Shown: in pieces, positions 1 through 13,407 of the stretch
How the letters are laid out: every line of letters begins with the position of its first letter
How positions within the stretch are numbered: position 1 is the first letter of the stretch
DNA from: Chitinophaga pinensis
Lineage (GTDB): Bacteria; Bacteroidota; Bacteroidia; 2-12-FULL-35-15
Reading direction: 5' to 3'
DNA: 60,028 nt
Assembly (NCBI GenBank): GCA_945865315.1
Contig: CAMBDK010000004.1
Span: 1 to 60,028 of the forward strand
Program-made: the position numbers and the translations under genes
The notes under the pieces: model-generated
Told to the model about the DNA's origin: nothing
The model's database searches: none
The model's input: only the letters and a program-made list of their open reading frames with translations

Positions 1-183
1 TGCCTATGAATGATTCGAGTTGTCATCTTTTGAATTTAAATGATTTTCTAAATATAAGTCTAAATGTACTTTAACTTCAAGAATCTTCATCTATTTTATC
101 TTAATAAATAGAATGAATTTCATTATTGGTGTTTAGGCTCAAGTCCGTATAAATATTTTTTTTTATTTAAAACGGAATTATAT

Positions 184-191
184 TACCTTTG
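184..191 (+). promoter_or_regulatory. Bacteroidota sigma-A -7 box (TACCTTTG)
   Basis: Matches the TAnnTTTG consensus and lies about 155 nt upstream of an intrinsic terminator. Confidence 0.4.
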
Positions 192-344
192 TGAAGTTCT
201 TTAAACGGTAGTGAGTAGATGTGAATCTATTTGACGATATTTCACCAAAATAGACACCAAAATTTTAAAACAGTCCGCAAACACTTGTTATTAAAGGCGA
301 CTGCATATTTGTACTGCGGTACAGTGGGTACCACTTTCAAAATG

Positions 345-375
345 AAGCCTTTACAGAAATGTAAAGGCTTTTTTT
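345..375 (+). terminator. Intrinsic terminator
   Basis: Perfect 11-bp stem AAGCCTTTACA-GAAA-TGTAAAGGCTT followed by a T run. Confidence 0.8.
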
Positions 376-653
376 GTTTAGGAGGTATTGGTTTTGTTGT
401 GCGGTATTTCACATTTTACTTTCCCTGAAAATTACTTTTCTAAATCTTTGGTTTAATATAAGAGAGATGTTTTATGCAAGAAAAAAATATTCGCAAACAG
501 ATATAGCCTAGCGAATAGGAGGAGATAAATCTTTTGTTTGTATAATAATGCACCGTAATTTGAAAAAGCGAAGCGAAGATTACATTGCTGATTTTAAAAT
601 TAATAATTGTTGAAAACTTGTTGAATCTTAATTATTATATTACATTCGTACTT

Positions 654-1964
654 ATGAAACTTAATAATAAAGTGATAATATCTAATTTCATCGAAGCTCT
701 TGGCTGCGCTTGCGTTATCCCTCCTCCCCCCATTTTTTTTATAAGCAGTAACTTTAATAAAGCCTTTTCGCAAACAATTTTATTTGTTTTCGTATCATTT
801 TTTCTTTTATTGCTGTTGCCAACATTCTCTTTTGCTCAATTCGAGGTCATTAACAAGGGAAGTCTTATTACTAATACCAATGTTGCTTTTGCTATCAAAG
901 GCAATGTTATCCATCAGGATAATGGTACTATTGCCAATACCGGTAATTTTTATATTACCGGTGATTTGATAAATGACAACCCTGCGGGTAATGTATTTAC
1001 AGCTGGAACCAATGGCTGGGTATATTTAGATGGAGCCACGCAAACTATTAGTGGCAATACGATCACCCATTTCAATAACCTTGAATTATTGGGTACAGGA
1101 ATAAAACAACTCAATAATATAGATGCTGAAATAGAAGACACCCTTGCTCTCAACGACCGTGAATTTGCAACTGCTGATAATACGTTGTTTGTTATTAATA
1201 CTGGAACAGGTATTGTTACACGAACAGGCGGTTTTGTAAGTAGCACCAATGATGGAGGCCTTTCACGCAATACACTTGCCGCAAACACTTATTTTTTTCC
1301 GGTTGGTTCAAGCACAGGAACTACGCGTTTTCGTCCTGTTGATATTACTCCCGATGATGCTTTCGCTAATACCTTCAAGGTACGAATGGCAAATACGGAT
1401 GCATCTATCGAAAGCTTTGATCGTTCCTTAAAAGAAAGTACCATTGGAGAAATAAATTCGAATTTCTATCATAAAATAAACCGTACTAATGGTAATTCAC
1501 CAGCAGATATAACATTATACTACGATAATAGTTCTGATGGCTATTGCGAGATAATGACAGCTTGGCAAAACACAGCTCAATGGAAAAATTTAGGACTTGT
1601 TACAACAGCTAACAATTATGGATTAAGCGGGCTTACAAAACAAACTGTTACTGATTTTTCTACTATACCCTTTGCCTTGGCAGAAGTAATACCTGCCATT
1701 TTAATTGCCAATGTGTTTAGTCCCAATAATAACGGAACCAACGATGTACTGCATGTATTAGGAAAAGGAATTGATCAAATGCAGTTTATCATTTTTGACC
1801 GCTGGGGTGAAAAAGTTTTTGAAACCACAGATATTAACACAGGGTGGGACGGGACCTATAAAGGAAAACCAATGAATGTAGGGGTATTTGTATATTTCAT
1901 TAAAGGGAAATTTAAAAACGGAGATAAAATTGATAAAAAAGGAAATATTACGCTACTGAGGTAA
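654..1964 (+). CDS. T9SS type-B sorting domain (gliding motility-associated C-terminal, CHU_C) secreted protein
   Basis: C-terminus ANVFSPNNNGTND...IFDRWGEKVF...GWDGTYKG...GNITLLR is the type-B CTD. Hydrophobic signal ends FSFAQ. ATG 654 preferred over TTG 585. Confidence 0.85.
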   Translation: MKLNNKVIISNFIEALGCACVIPPPPIFFISSNFNKAFSQTILFVFVSFFLLLLLPTFSFAQFEVINKGSLITNTNVAFAIKGNVIHQDNGTIANTGNFYITGDLINDNPAGNVFTAGTNGWVYLDGATQTISGNTITHFNNLELLGTGIKQLNNIDAEIEDTLALNDREFATADNTLFVINTGTGIVTRTGGFVSSTNDGGLSRNTLAANTYFFPVGSSTGTTRFRPVDITPDDAFANTFKVRMANTDASIESFDRSLKESTIGEINSNFYHKINRTNGNSPADITLYYDNSSDGYCEIMTAWQNTAQWKNLGLVTTANNYGLSGLTKQTVTDFSTIPFALAEVIPAILIANVFSPNNNGTNDVLHVLGKGIDQMQFIIFDRWGEKVFETTDINTGWDGTYKGKPMNVGVFVYFIKGKFKNGDKIDKKGNITLLR

Positions 1965-2021
1965 ATAGCTTTGAGTATTGCCATGTGAGGCACAAGAATT
2001 AAAAACTAAGAGAGAAGAACC

Positions 2022-3119
2022 ATGAAAACAAAAAATATAATAGGGCTATTTTGTGCGATTCTCATATTTCACATCTCCTCTCTCACGTCTTCTTTTGCAC
2101 AGGATGTCCACTTCTCCCAAACCAATATGACACCCCTGCTTATCAACCCTGCATTAACAGGTGTTTATGGAGGGGACCAACGCGTATTTTTAAATTATAA
2201 AAATCAATGGCAGGGAATGGGGATGGGTGGTGTAACCTATAACACAGCTTTGTTTTCGTTTGATACACACTTGTTTAAAAAGAAATGGAGCAAGGGATAT
2301 TTAGGTGCAGGGATTAATGCTTATAAGGATGTTGCAGGGGATTTAAAGATGGGCACTACTCAATTGAATATGTCTATTGCAGGTATTATTTTTATCAACG
2401 AGCAACAATTTTTATCAGCAGGCTTGCAGGGAGGCTACGTTCAAAAAAGTATTTCTACTACTGCCATGCTTTGGGAAAATCAATACGATGCAGGATCTGG
2501 TACCTTCAACACCTCATTGCTTTCCAGCGATGTATCAACCCCATCTATTAGCTATGGTAATTTTTCAACAGGCCTTTCATGGAGCTATAATGCAGACCAA
2601 TCTACGCGCTTTGACAATAACCAGTTAAAAATAAATTTAGGTTTGGCTGCGATTAACATCAACAGTCCGAAACAAAATTTTTTCAATGGTGTGAGCTCGA
2701 GCGCCGGCGATAACAATGAAAAACTGTATTCAAGGTTTGTTTTTCATGGTGCAGGCCAAATAGGAATAAAAAACACCAATATGGCTTTGATGCCAAATAT
2801 CGTATTTTTTAAACAGGGCCCCTCCTATCAGCTAAATACAGGTACATTGCTGCGTTTTACAATACGGGACGACTCAAAATATACAGGGTTCATTAAAGAA
2901 ACCGCGCTATCGCTTGGGGCACAATACAGACTGAAAGATGCTTTAATTCCAGTGATCATATTTGAATATGCACAGTATGCTATTGGATTAAGTTATGATA
3001 TCAATACCTCATCGTTAAGGCAGGGTACACAAGGAAGAGGAGGTTTAGAAATATCGCTGAGATATTTAAACCCAAACCCTTTCCATCATACAGCTTCTCG
3101 TTTATATAATTTAAATTAA
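2022..3119 (+). CDS. PorP/SprF family type IX secretion system membrane protein
   Basis: AQDVHFSQ...PLLINPALTG...NYKNQW N-terminus and GLSYDINTSSL...GGLEISLRY C-terminus; adjacent to a type-B cargo gene. Confidence 0.9.
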   Translation: MKTKNIIGLFCAILIFHISSLTSSFAQDVHFSQTNMTPLLINPALTGVYGGDQRVFLNYKNQWQGMGMGGVTYNTALFSFDTHLFKKKWSKGYLGAGINAYKDVAGDLKMGTTQLNMSIAGIIFINEQQFLSAGLQGGYVQKSISTTAMLWENQYDAGSGTFNTSLLSSDVSTPSISYGNFSTGLSWSYNADQSTRFDNNQLKINLGLAAININSPKQNFFNGVSSSAGDNNEKLYSRFVFHGAGQIGIKNTNMALMPNIVFFKQGPSYQLNTGTLLRFTIRDDSKYTGFIKETALSLGAQYRLKDALIPVIIFEYAQYAIGLSYDINTSSLRQGTQGRGGLEISLRYLNPNPFHHTASRLYNLN

Positions 3120-3132
3120 TAGCGCTTTATAG

Positions 3133-4680
3133 ATGAGCTTAATTTTAAAAACCACCCTTTTGTTTTTTATGATGGGATTCAATTTTTCATTGAAGGCACA
3201 GGGGAAACGGGATAGTTGTAAAATAACAATAAATAGCATAGGGGATGCTATTAATACACCTTATGATGAATTTGCCCCCATTATATCGGCTGACGGATTG
3301 ATGATGATATTTACATCCAACCAACCAGCTACTAAATCAGATATTGAGAAAAGAAAACAAGGCTTTGAAAACATGTATGTTTCTTATTATAATGAGACCA
3401 CTAAAAAATGGACAGCGGCTGCAATACTTAAAAAAACAATAAATCAACCAAAGAGAAATAATTCCGCTACCGCACTATCCAATGATGGTCAGCAGATGTT
3501 CCTTTATAGAGGCGATCCCGACGGGGATATTTATGAATCTGTTTTAAAAGGGGAAGAATGGTCTGCGCCAGTTAAATTGCCCGAACCCATTAATTCGGAT
3601 AATTATGAATCATCGGCCAGTATTTCACCCGATGGACAAACCCTTTATTTTGTTAGCAACCGCAAGGGAGGGCAAGGAGGCTTGGATATATGGTCATGTC
3701 ATAAGGATAACAAAGGGAATTGGGGTAAAGCGGAGAACCTCGGAACCGATATAAATTCACCAAAAAATGAAGAAAGTGTGTTTATTCATCCCGATGGAAA
3801 AACACTTTATTTCAGCTCTCAAGGACATACTACCATTGGTGGATATGATATTTTTAAATCCGGTTTTGAAAAAGGGAAATGGAGTACACCAGTTAATCTG
3901 GGTGAACCTATTAATACACCCAATGATAATTTGTTTTTTGTACTCGCAGCAGATGGGAAAACGGGTTACTATACTTCATCATCAAATGGCGATATTGATA
4001 AGAAAGATATTTATGAAATAAAATTTAAATATTTTAAAAAGAAAAAAAACGAACCCCGTCTTATTTTGTTTAAAGGGGTGGTTGTTGATAATGTTTCAGA
4101 TGAGCCTATTGTTGCTACTGTGAAAATAACAGATAACGATAAAAATGAAATAATAACCACCGTAAAATCCAACAGCGTTACAGGAAAATTTCTTGTTTCA
4201 TTGCCTGCGGGTAAAAACTATGGAATAGCTGTTAAAAGAAAAGGTTATTTATTTTACTCCGAAAATTTTAATATACCCGATACCGCAGGTTATAAAGTAA
4301 TAGACAAGCGTATTCCATTGCAGAAATTAGAGGTAGGGAGTAAAATAATACTAAAAAATGTTTTCTATGATTATGGTAAAGCAACATTGCGTAAAGAATC
4401 TTTATCGGAGCTAAACATGTTAGTTAATTTAATGAATTTAAATAAAAAAATCAAAATAGAAGTGGATGGGTTTACTGATAATCAAGGCTCGGATGAATTT
4501 AATTTAGCACTTTCACAGGCAAGGGCGCAATCAGTCGTAGATTTTCTTTTTTCAGCAGGTATCAGTAAAGAACAAGTAAAAGCAAAAGGATACGGGAAGG
4601 CAAATCCAATAGCTCCCAATGATACCGAAGAAGGTAGAAAGCTTAACCGTAGAACAGAGTTTAAAATATTGAATAAATAA
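3133..4680 (+). CDS. PorE-like protein: PD40/WD40-like repeats + carboxypeptidase regulatory-like domain + OmpA_C peptidoglycan-binding domain
   Basis: Repeated INS/T..E..P.ISPDG.TLYF.S motifs; C-terminal GFTDNQGSDEFNLALSQARAQSV...NRRTEF. Confidence 0.85.
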   Translation: MSLILKTTLLFFMMGFNFSLKAQGKRDSCKITINSIGDAINTPYDEFAPIISADGLMMIFTSNQPATKSDIEKRKQGFENMYVSYYNETTKKWTAAAILKKTINQPKRNNSATALSNDGQQMFLYRGDPDGDIYESVLKGEEWSAPVKLPEPINSDNYESSASISPDGQTLYFVSNRKGGQGGLDIWSCHKDNKGNWGKAENLGTDINSPKNEESVFIHPDGKTLYFSSQGHTTIGGYDIFKSGFEKGKWSTPVNLGEPINTPNDNLFFVLAADGKTGYYTSSSNGDIDKKDIYEIKFKYFKKKKNEPRLILFKGVVVDNVSDEPIVATVKITDNDKNEIITTVKSNSVTGKFLVSLPAGKNYGIAVKRKGYLFYSENFNIPDTAGYKVIDKRIPLQKLEVGSKIILKNVFYDYGKATLRKESLSELNMLVNLMNLNKKIKIEVDGFTDNQGSDEFNLALSQARAQSVVDFLFSAGISKEQVKAKGYGKANPIAPNDTEEGRKLNRRTEFKILNK

Positions 4681-4879
4681 AAAGTTGAACATGCCCTGCT
4701 GGTGCAAGCGGCTCCCAGGGGTAAACGGAATAAAGGTATTGGGAGAAACGATTTAACAAAACTCCTTTCGGTTTTATTATTAAAGGCGCCGAACTTATTA
4801 ATATTTTTTTTACAAAGCTATATACCATAAATTAAAAATAAAAAAAATTGACAATTGCTTATAACTAAACGATAAAACT

Positions 4880-9774
<4,895 letters not shown>

Positions 9775-9909
9775 TTGTGCCAAGAGGCAAATAAAAAGCT
9801 TGTGTTTTATTTGCGTGTTGTTTTCAAGATGTTAGTTTTTATACTACTATAAATTGTCTGGTATTGTATTGTATTAATTCCAAGGGCTGTTAGGCCTAAA
9901 GTTTCTGCC

Positions 9910-9935
9910 ATTGCAGGTGTTATTTCACCTGCAAT
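9910..9935. terminator. Perfect 10-bp hairpin downstream of the large adhesin gene (terminator or REP-like)
   Basis: ATTGCAGGTG-TTATTT-CACCTGCAAT. Confidence 0.4.
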
Positions 9936-10124
9936 TTAATAAGTGCCCCGTTAAGCTTAGGGTGTCAAAATAAAAACTATGTAGAGGCGTTGGGCGTAGC
10001 GTCCCGCTAAGTCCTTTTTAACCTGCATCTTGCCGTATTGTGCCAAATAAAAATTGTGTTTTTGAAATAGAATATCAACAAAAAAAATAAAACCAATAAG
10101 CCGGCGGCTTTGTTAAAAAGTATC

Positions 10125-10286
10125 CTATTGCTCTGTATAATCGGTTTCTATCATAAGGTGTAGCCCCCGTTCTAATTTGTATAAAGTGTTTTTACTCACA
10201 CTTGCCAGCTCTGCTAAATCAGACTGTGTAATTCCCAACTTTTTCCTAGTTTTTTTAATAGTCTGTCCTATAATTGATCCTATCAT
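10125..10286 (-). pseudogene. Truncated XRE/HipB-like helix-turn-helix protein (53 aa)
   Basis: Manual translation MIGSIIGQTIKKTRKKLGITQSDLAELASVSKNTLYKLERGLHLMIETDYTEQ*. The HTH_3 pattern is intact up to LERG, then diverges. Confidence 0.7.
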
Positions 10287-10480
10287 TATAATGTGATTTT
10301 TTTGTAAAAAACAGGACTTTTGTTTTGATTAGGCAATGAAAATCACACAATAATGTGCTTTAAAGTGTTTTATAATGTGTCGAAATAATTGAATTTATTT
10401 GACACATTTTTAAAACATGTCGAATTTCTTTATTTGAGGCAAAACTATAACTAGTGTCTGTCCATAGAGTCAAACATTTT

Positions 10481-10693
10481 GGCGTAATGGACAAAATTAA
10501 TGCTATTCTTGATATTTTTAGAGTTCTTTATGCCTAATAAAAACTCACATAACATACGCTAATATTAACTTTTACAATAGATTTACCGATTCTTAGTTTA
10601 AAGAAAAAACTTCTGAAAAGTTTTTACTTGCTTCAAAGCTAATATATAACAAGGCTTATAGAGTTTTTGAGCATTAAAAATGTCCATTACCCC
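10481..10693. mobile_element. 213-bp nested MITE with 24-bp TIRs and 8-bp target-site duplication (IS1595-like ends)
   Basis: GGCGTAATGGACAAAATTAATGCT / AGCATTAAAAATGTCCATTACCCC (20/24 inverted match), flanked by direct repeat AACATTTT at 10473-10480 and 10694-10701. Confidence 0.85.
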
Positions 10694-10789
10694 AACATTT
10701 TCAAATTATGCAAATTTTAAGCTTCAGAATTGTGGATTTCAAATTTTTGAACCAAAATTGTTTTGTTTGAAATAAAGCCAATAAGGGTA

Positions 10790-10869
10790 GTCATTGCGAG
10801 GTTTTTTTAGCCAAAGCAATCTCATATATTGGTGTGAGATTGCTTCAGTCGTGCCTCCTTAGCAATGAC
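10790..10869. repeat. REP-like palindromic element (GTCATTGC...GCAATCTC...GAGATTGC...GCAATGAC type)
   Basis: Nested inverted repeats GTCATTGC/GCAATGAC and AAGCAATCTCA/TGAGATTGCTT. Confidence 0.75.
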
Positions 10870-11040
10870 GTTCTAAGTTTAAATGCCGACTCTATGGACA
10901 GGCACTAACTACATTTTTCAAATTTTTCAAGCTTCGACACCCGCTTTTGTTATTTTTAAAAATTGGTATCTAAAAAGCCGTAAAATTAAATTTTTATTAA
11001 AATACCTTAAATGGGGTATTGTCTTTTCTTTTGATAGACA

Positions 11041-11076
11041 TACATTTGTGCTGTTATTTTTAATCAATCTAAATAA
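11041..11076 (+). promoter_or_regulatory. -7 promoter box (TACATTTG) followed by a 23-bp imperfect palindrome, putative metal-responsive repressor operator
   Basis: TTATTTTTAATCAATCTAAATAA at 11054-11076, over the predicted TSS of an uptake operon. Confidence 0.55.
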
Positions 11077-11087
11077 GTAATAAGCAT

Positions 11088-12179
11088 TTGAAAACATCTA
11101 CAAAATTAAAATTTTTAGCTTTCGGGCTTTTTATGTTTGTGGGCTTCAGTTCTTGTAAAAAAGATAAAGACGAAGAAATTGTTCCAACTCCAACACCTGC
11201 AGGTTATACAGTACCTACCACCTACAGTTTTTCGAATGTTGTTTATGCTGGTCAAACCATTCGCTTGACCATGCTGGATTCTATCGGTAATTATATGAGT
11301 AAAGGAAATGGAGGAATCGTTTTGAGCGCATCCATCCTGAAAAATATGTATGCTAATACCGGAAGCCCATTTGGCAATACGAATTTAGATGCAAGTGGTA
11401 AACAATTGAAAAATAAAACATATGCTGCTGACCAGGCTTATTTCGATGCTTTATTTGATAGTATTGCTATGGCAAGTATTTCTGCTGGAGGTGCTGCATC
11501 TAATGGTGTAGCAGGTATTGAGAACGGACGACTATTTGATAGGAACGGAATAGAATTGTCCCAGGTAATTAAAAAACAATTGATGGGTGGTACATTCTAC
11601 TTTCAGGCTATGGATACATATTTGAGCAATTTACCTACAGATGATAATACTACCATAATAGCAGGTGAAGGCACTGCCCAAGAGCATCATGTAGATGAAG
11701 CTTTTGGATATTTGGGTGTACCCATTGATTTTCCAACCAATTTAACAGGATTGAAATATTGGGGTTCCTATTGTGATGAAGTAAACACTTCTATTACTTG
11801 CAGTGCGCCATTAATGAATGCTTTTTTAAAATTGCGCGCCGCTGTTTCAAATAAAGACAATAGTACTCGTGATGCACAAATTGTAATTATCAAAAATCAA
11901 TGGGAAAGAGTTGTTGCAGCTTCAGTTATTTTGGAGCTTACTGAGGCAAAAGCGGCTTTTGGTTTAGGAGATCTTACTGAAATGAAGCACGTACTTTCGG
12001 AAGGTGTAGGATTTATAAATGCGTTAAAATATAAAACAGATAAGCAGATTACGAATACACAAATTGATGCCGCGCTGGCAGCTTTAGGAACTAATTTTTA
12101 TACAATTTCTATTGCTGATATTGATAGTGCAATTAATACTGTAAATGCTGTTTATGGATTTAATTTAAGTGGTTTTTAG
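11088..12179 (+). CDS. DUF4856-type surface lipoprotein
   Basis: Lipobox FSSC-KKDKDEE; YTVPTTYSF, GQTIRL, HHVDEAFGY and HVLSEGVGF motifs; first gene of an imelysin/HTTM/TBDR operon. Confidence 0.75.
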   Translation: MKTSTKLKFLAFGLFMFVGFSSCKKDKDEEIVPTPTPAGYTVPTTYSFSNVVYAGQTIRLTMLDSIGNYMSKGNGGIVLSASILKNMYANTGSPFGNTNLDASGKQLKNKTYAADQAYFDALFDSIAMASISAGGAASNGVAGIENGRLFDRNGIELSQVIKKQLMGGTFYFQAMDTYLSNLPTDDNTTIIAGEGTAQEHHVDEAFGYLGVPIDFPTNLTGLKYWGSYCDEVNTSITCSAPLMNAFLKLRAAVSNKDNSTRDAQIVIIKNQWERVVAASVILELTEAKAAFGLGDLTEMKHVLSEGVGFINALKYKTDKQITNTQIDAALAALGTNFYTISIADIDSAINTVNAVYGFNLSGF

Positions 12180-12253
12180 TTTTTTATATTAATAAATGCA
12201 CTGCCCGAATGGTTTTAAATAAACTGTTAGGGATTTGTGCTAAAAATGGTCCA

Positions 12254-13393
12254 ATGAATTCGTTTAAAAAATATAATCTTTTTGTATTGATTGGAGCTGT
12301 TCTGGTTTTGACTTTCAATGCTTGTAAAAAAAACATAAAAGAGGATGAAATAATCCCCGAAGATTCTTTTGATAAAAGCGGCATGTTGGCTAATATTGGC
12401 AACAATATTATTATTCCAGCATATGCAAACTTGAAAATTTCTTTGGATTCATTGCAGGCATCTTCAAATTTATTTATTGCTAATCCTACACTTTCAACTT
12501 TAACCAAGCTTCAAACAATATTTTCACAAACATATAAAAATTATGAAAGCACTGCTGCCTTTGAATTTGGACCGGCAGAGGATGAATATTTCCGCACTAA
12601 TTTTAATGTGTTTCCATGCGATACATTGCAGATCAATAGTAAAATATCAAACGCTGATTTTATATTAGTTGCCGCTTCTGATATGGATGCTAAAGGATTA
12701 CCAGCTATCGATTATTTATTGTATGGAAGTAATAAGGATAATAATATTGTATTAGCAAAGTTCACTATTGATGGGCATGCAAGCAATGCAAAAACTTATT
12801 TAGGAGGGTTAATTAACGAATTAAAAACAAAATGCGATGCTGTTAACAAGGGCTGGAGCTCGTCAGGTGGAAATTATATTTCAGCTTTCAAAAGCACTGC
12901 AGGAAGCGATGTGGGAGGATCTATCGGCATGCTCGTAAATCAATTAAATTATGATTTGGAATTATTAAAGAATACGCAGCTTGGAATACCGCTTGGCAAA
13001 AAAACTCTTGGAGTGGCTCAACCTACAAAAGTGGAAGCCCTTTATTCGGAGCAATCATTGGTTTTGGTAGCGGCACATTTAAAAAGTATTGAAAATATTT
13101 ATTTAGGAAGAAGTACTTCGGATATCGAGGGGCTTGGACTGGACGATTATCTTGCACATATTGGTACGCAGTATGAATCAGGCTCCTTAAATGATGCGAT
13201 AAAAAATAAATTCAGCATGGCTAAAAATCTGTTATCGCTTATTCCAGGCACTTTAACTGATGCTGTTATAAGCAATGCCTCAGTAGTGGATGCAGCTTAT
13301 ATAGCGTTACAGCAACTTGTTATTCTTCTTAAGGTGGATATGCCTTCGGCTTTGGGGGTATCCATTACCTATGTGGATAACGATGGAGATTAA
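12254..13393 (+). CDS. Imelysin (peptidase M75-like) family lipoprotein
   Basis: Lipobox FNAC; IIIPAY, FEFGPA, KGLPAIDYLL motifs and C-terminal ITYVDNDGD. ATG 12254 preferred. Confidence 0.85.
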   Translation: MNSFKKYNLFVLIGAVLVLTFNACKKNIKEDEIIPEDSFDKSGMLANIGNNIIIPAYANLKISLDSLQASSNLFIANPTLSTLTKLQTIFSQTYKNYESTAAFEFGPAEDEYFRTNFNVFPCDTLQINSKISNADFILVAASDMDAKGLPAIDYLLYGSNKDNNIVLAKFTIDGHASNAKTYLGGLINELKTKCDAVNKGWSSSGGNYISAFKSTAGSDVGGSIGMLVNQLNYDLELLKNTQLGIPLGKKTLGVAQPTKVEALYSEQSLVLVAAHLKSIENIYLGRSTSDIEGLGLDDYLAHIGTQYESGSLNDAIKNKFSMAKNLLSLIPGTLTDAVISNASVVDAAYIALQQLVILLKVDMPSALGVSITYVDNDGD

Positions 13394-13407
13394 TATAAGA
13401 TTTTTTT

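Larger units (their letters stand above)
10454..10905. mobile_element. 452-bp MITE-like element with 18-bp TIRs and TA flanks
   Basis: TA|GTGTCTGTCCATAGAGTC ... GACTCTATGGACAGGCAC|TA (17/18 inverted match); no transposase ORF. Confidence 0.8.

Noticed and set aside
300-340. Intact tRNA gene ending GGTACCAC
   Set aside because: No T-loop GTTCGA or D-arm, and no cloverleaf can be formed; kept only as a possible remnant.
231-428. 65-aa ORF
   Set aside because: TTG start, runs through a strong terminator, and has no recognisable motif.
9981-10010. GTAGAGGCGTTG... as a GTAG-family REP
   Set aside because: Only one arm is recognisable, it is single copy, and no RAYT gene is nearby.
9775-10450. 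Complete DGR cassette (TR, avd, RT) downstream of the FISUMP gene
   Set aside because: No second copy of the 3' region and no RT or Avd ORF anywhere in the window.
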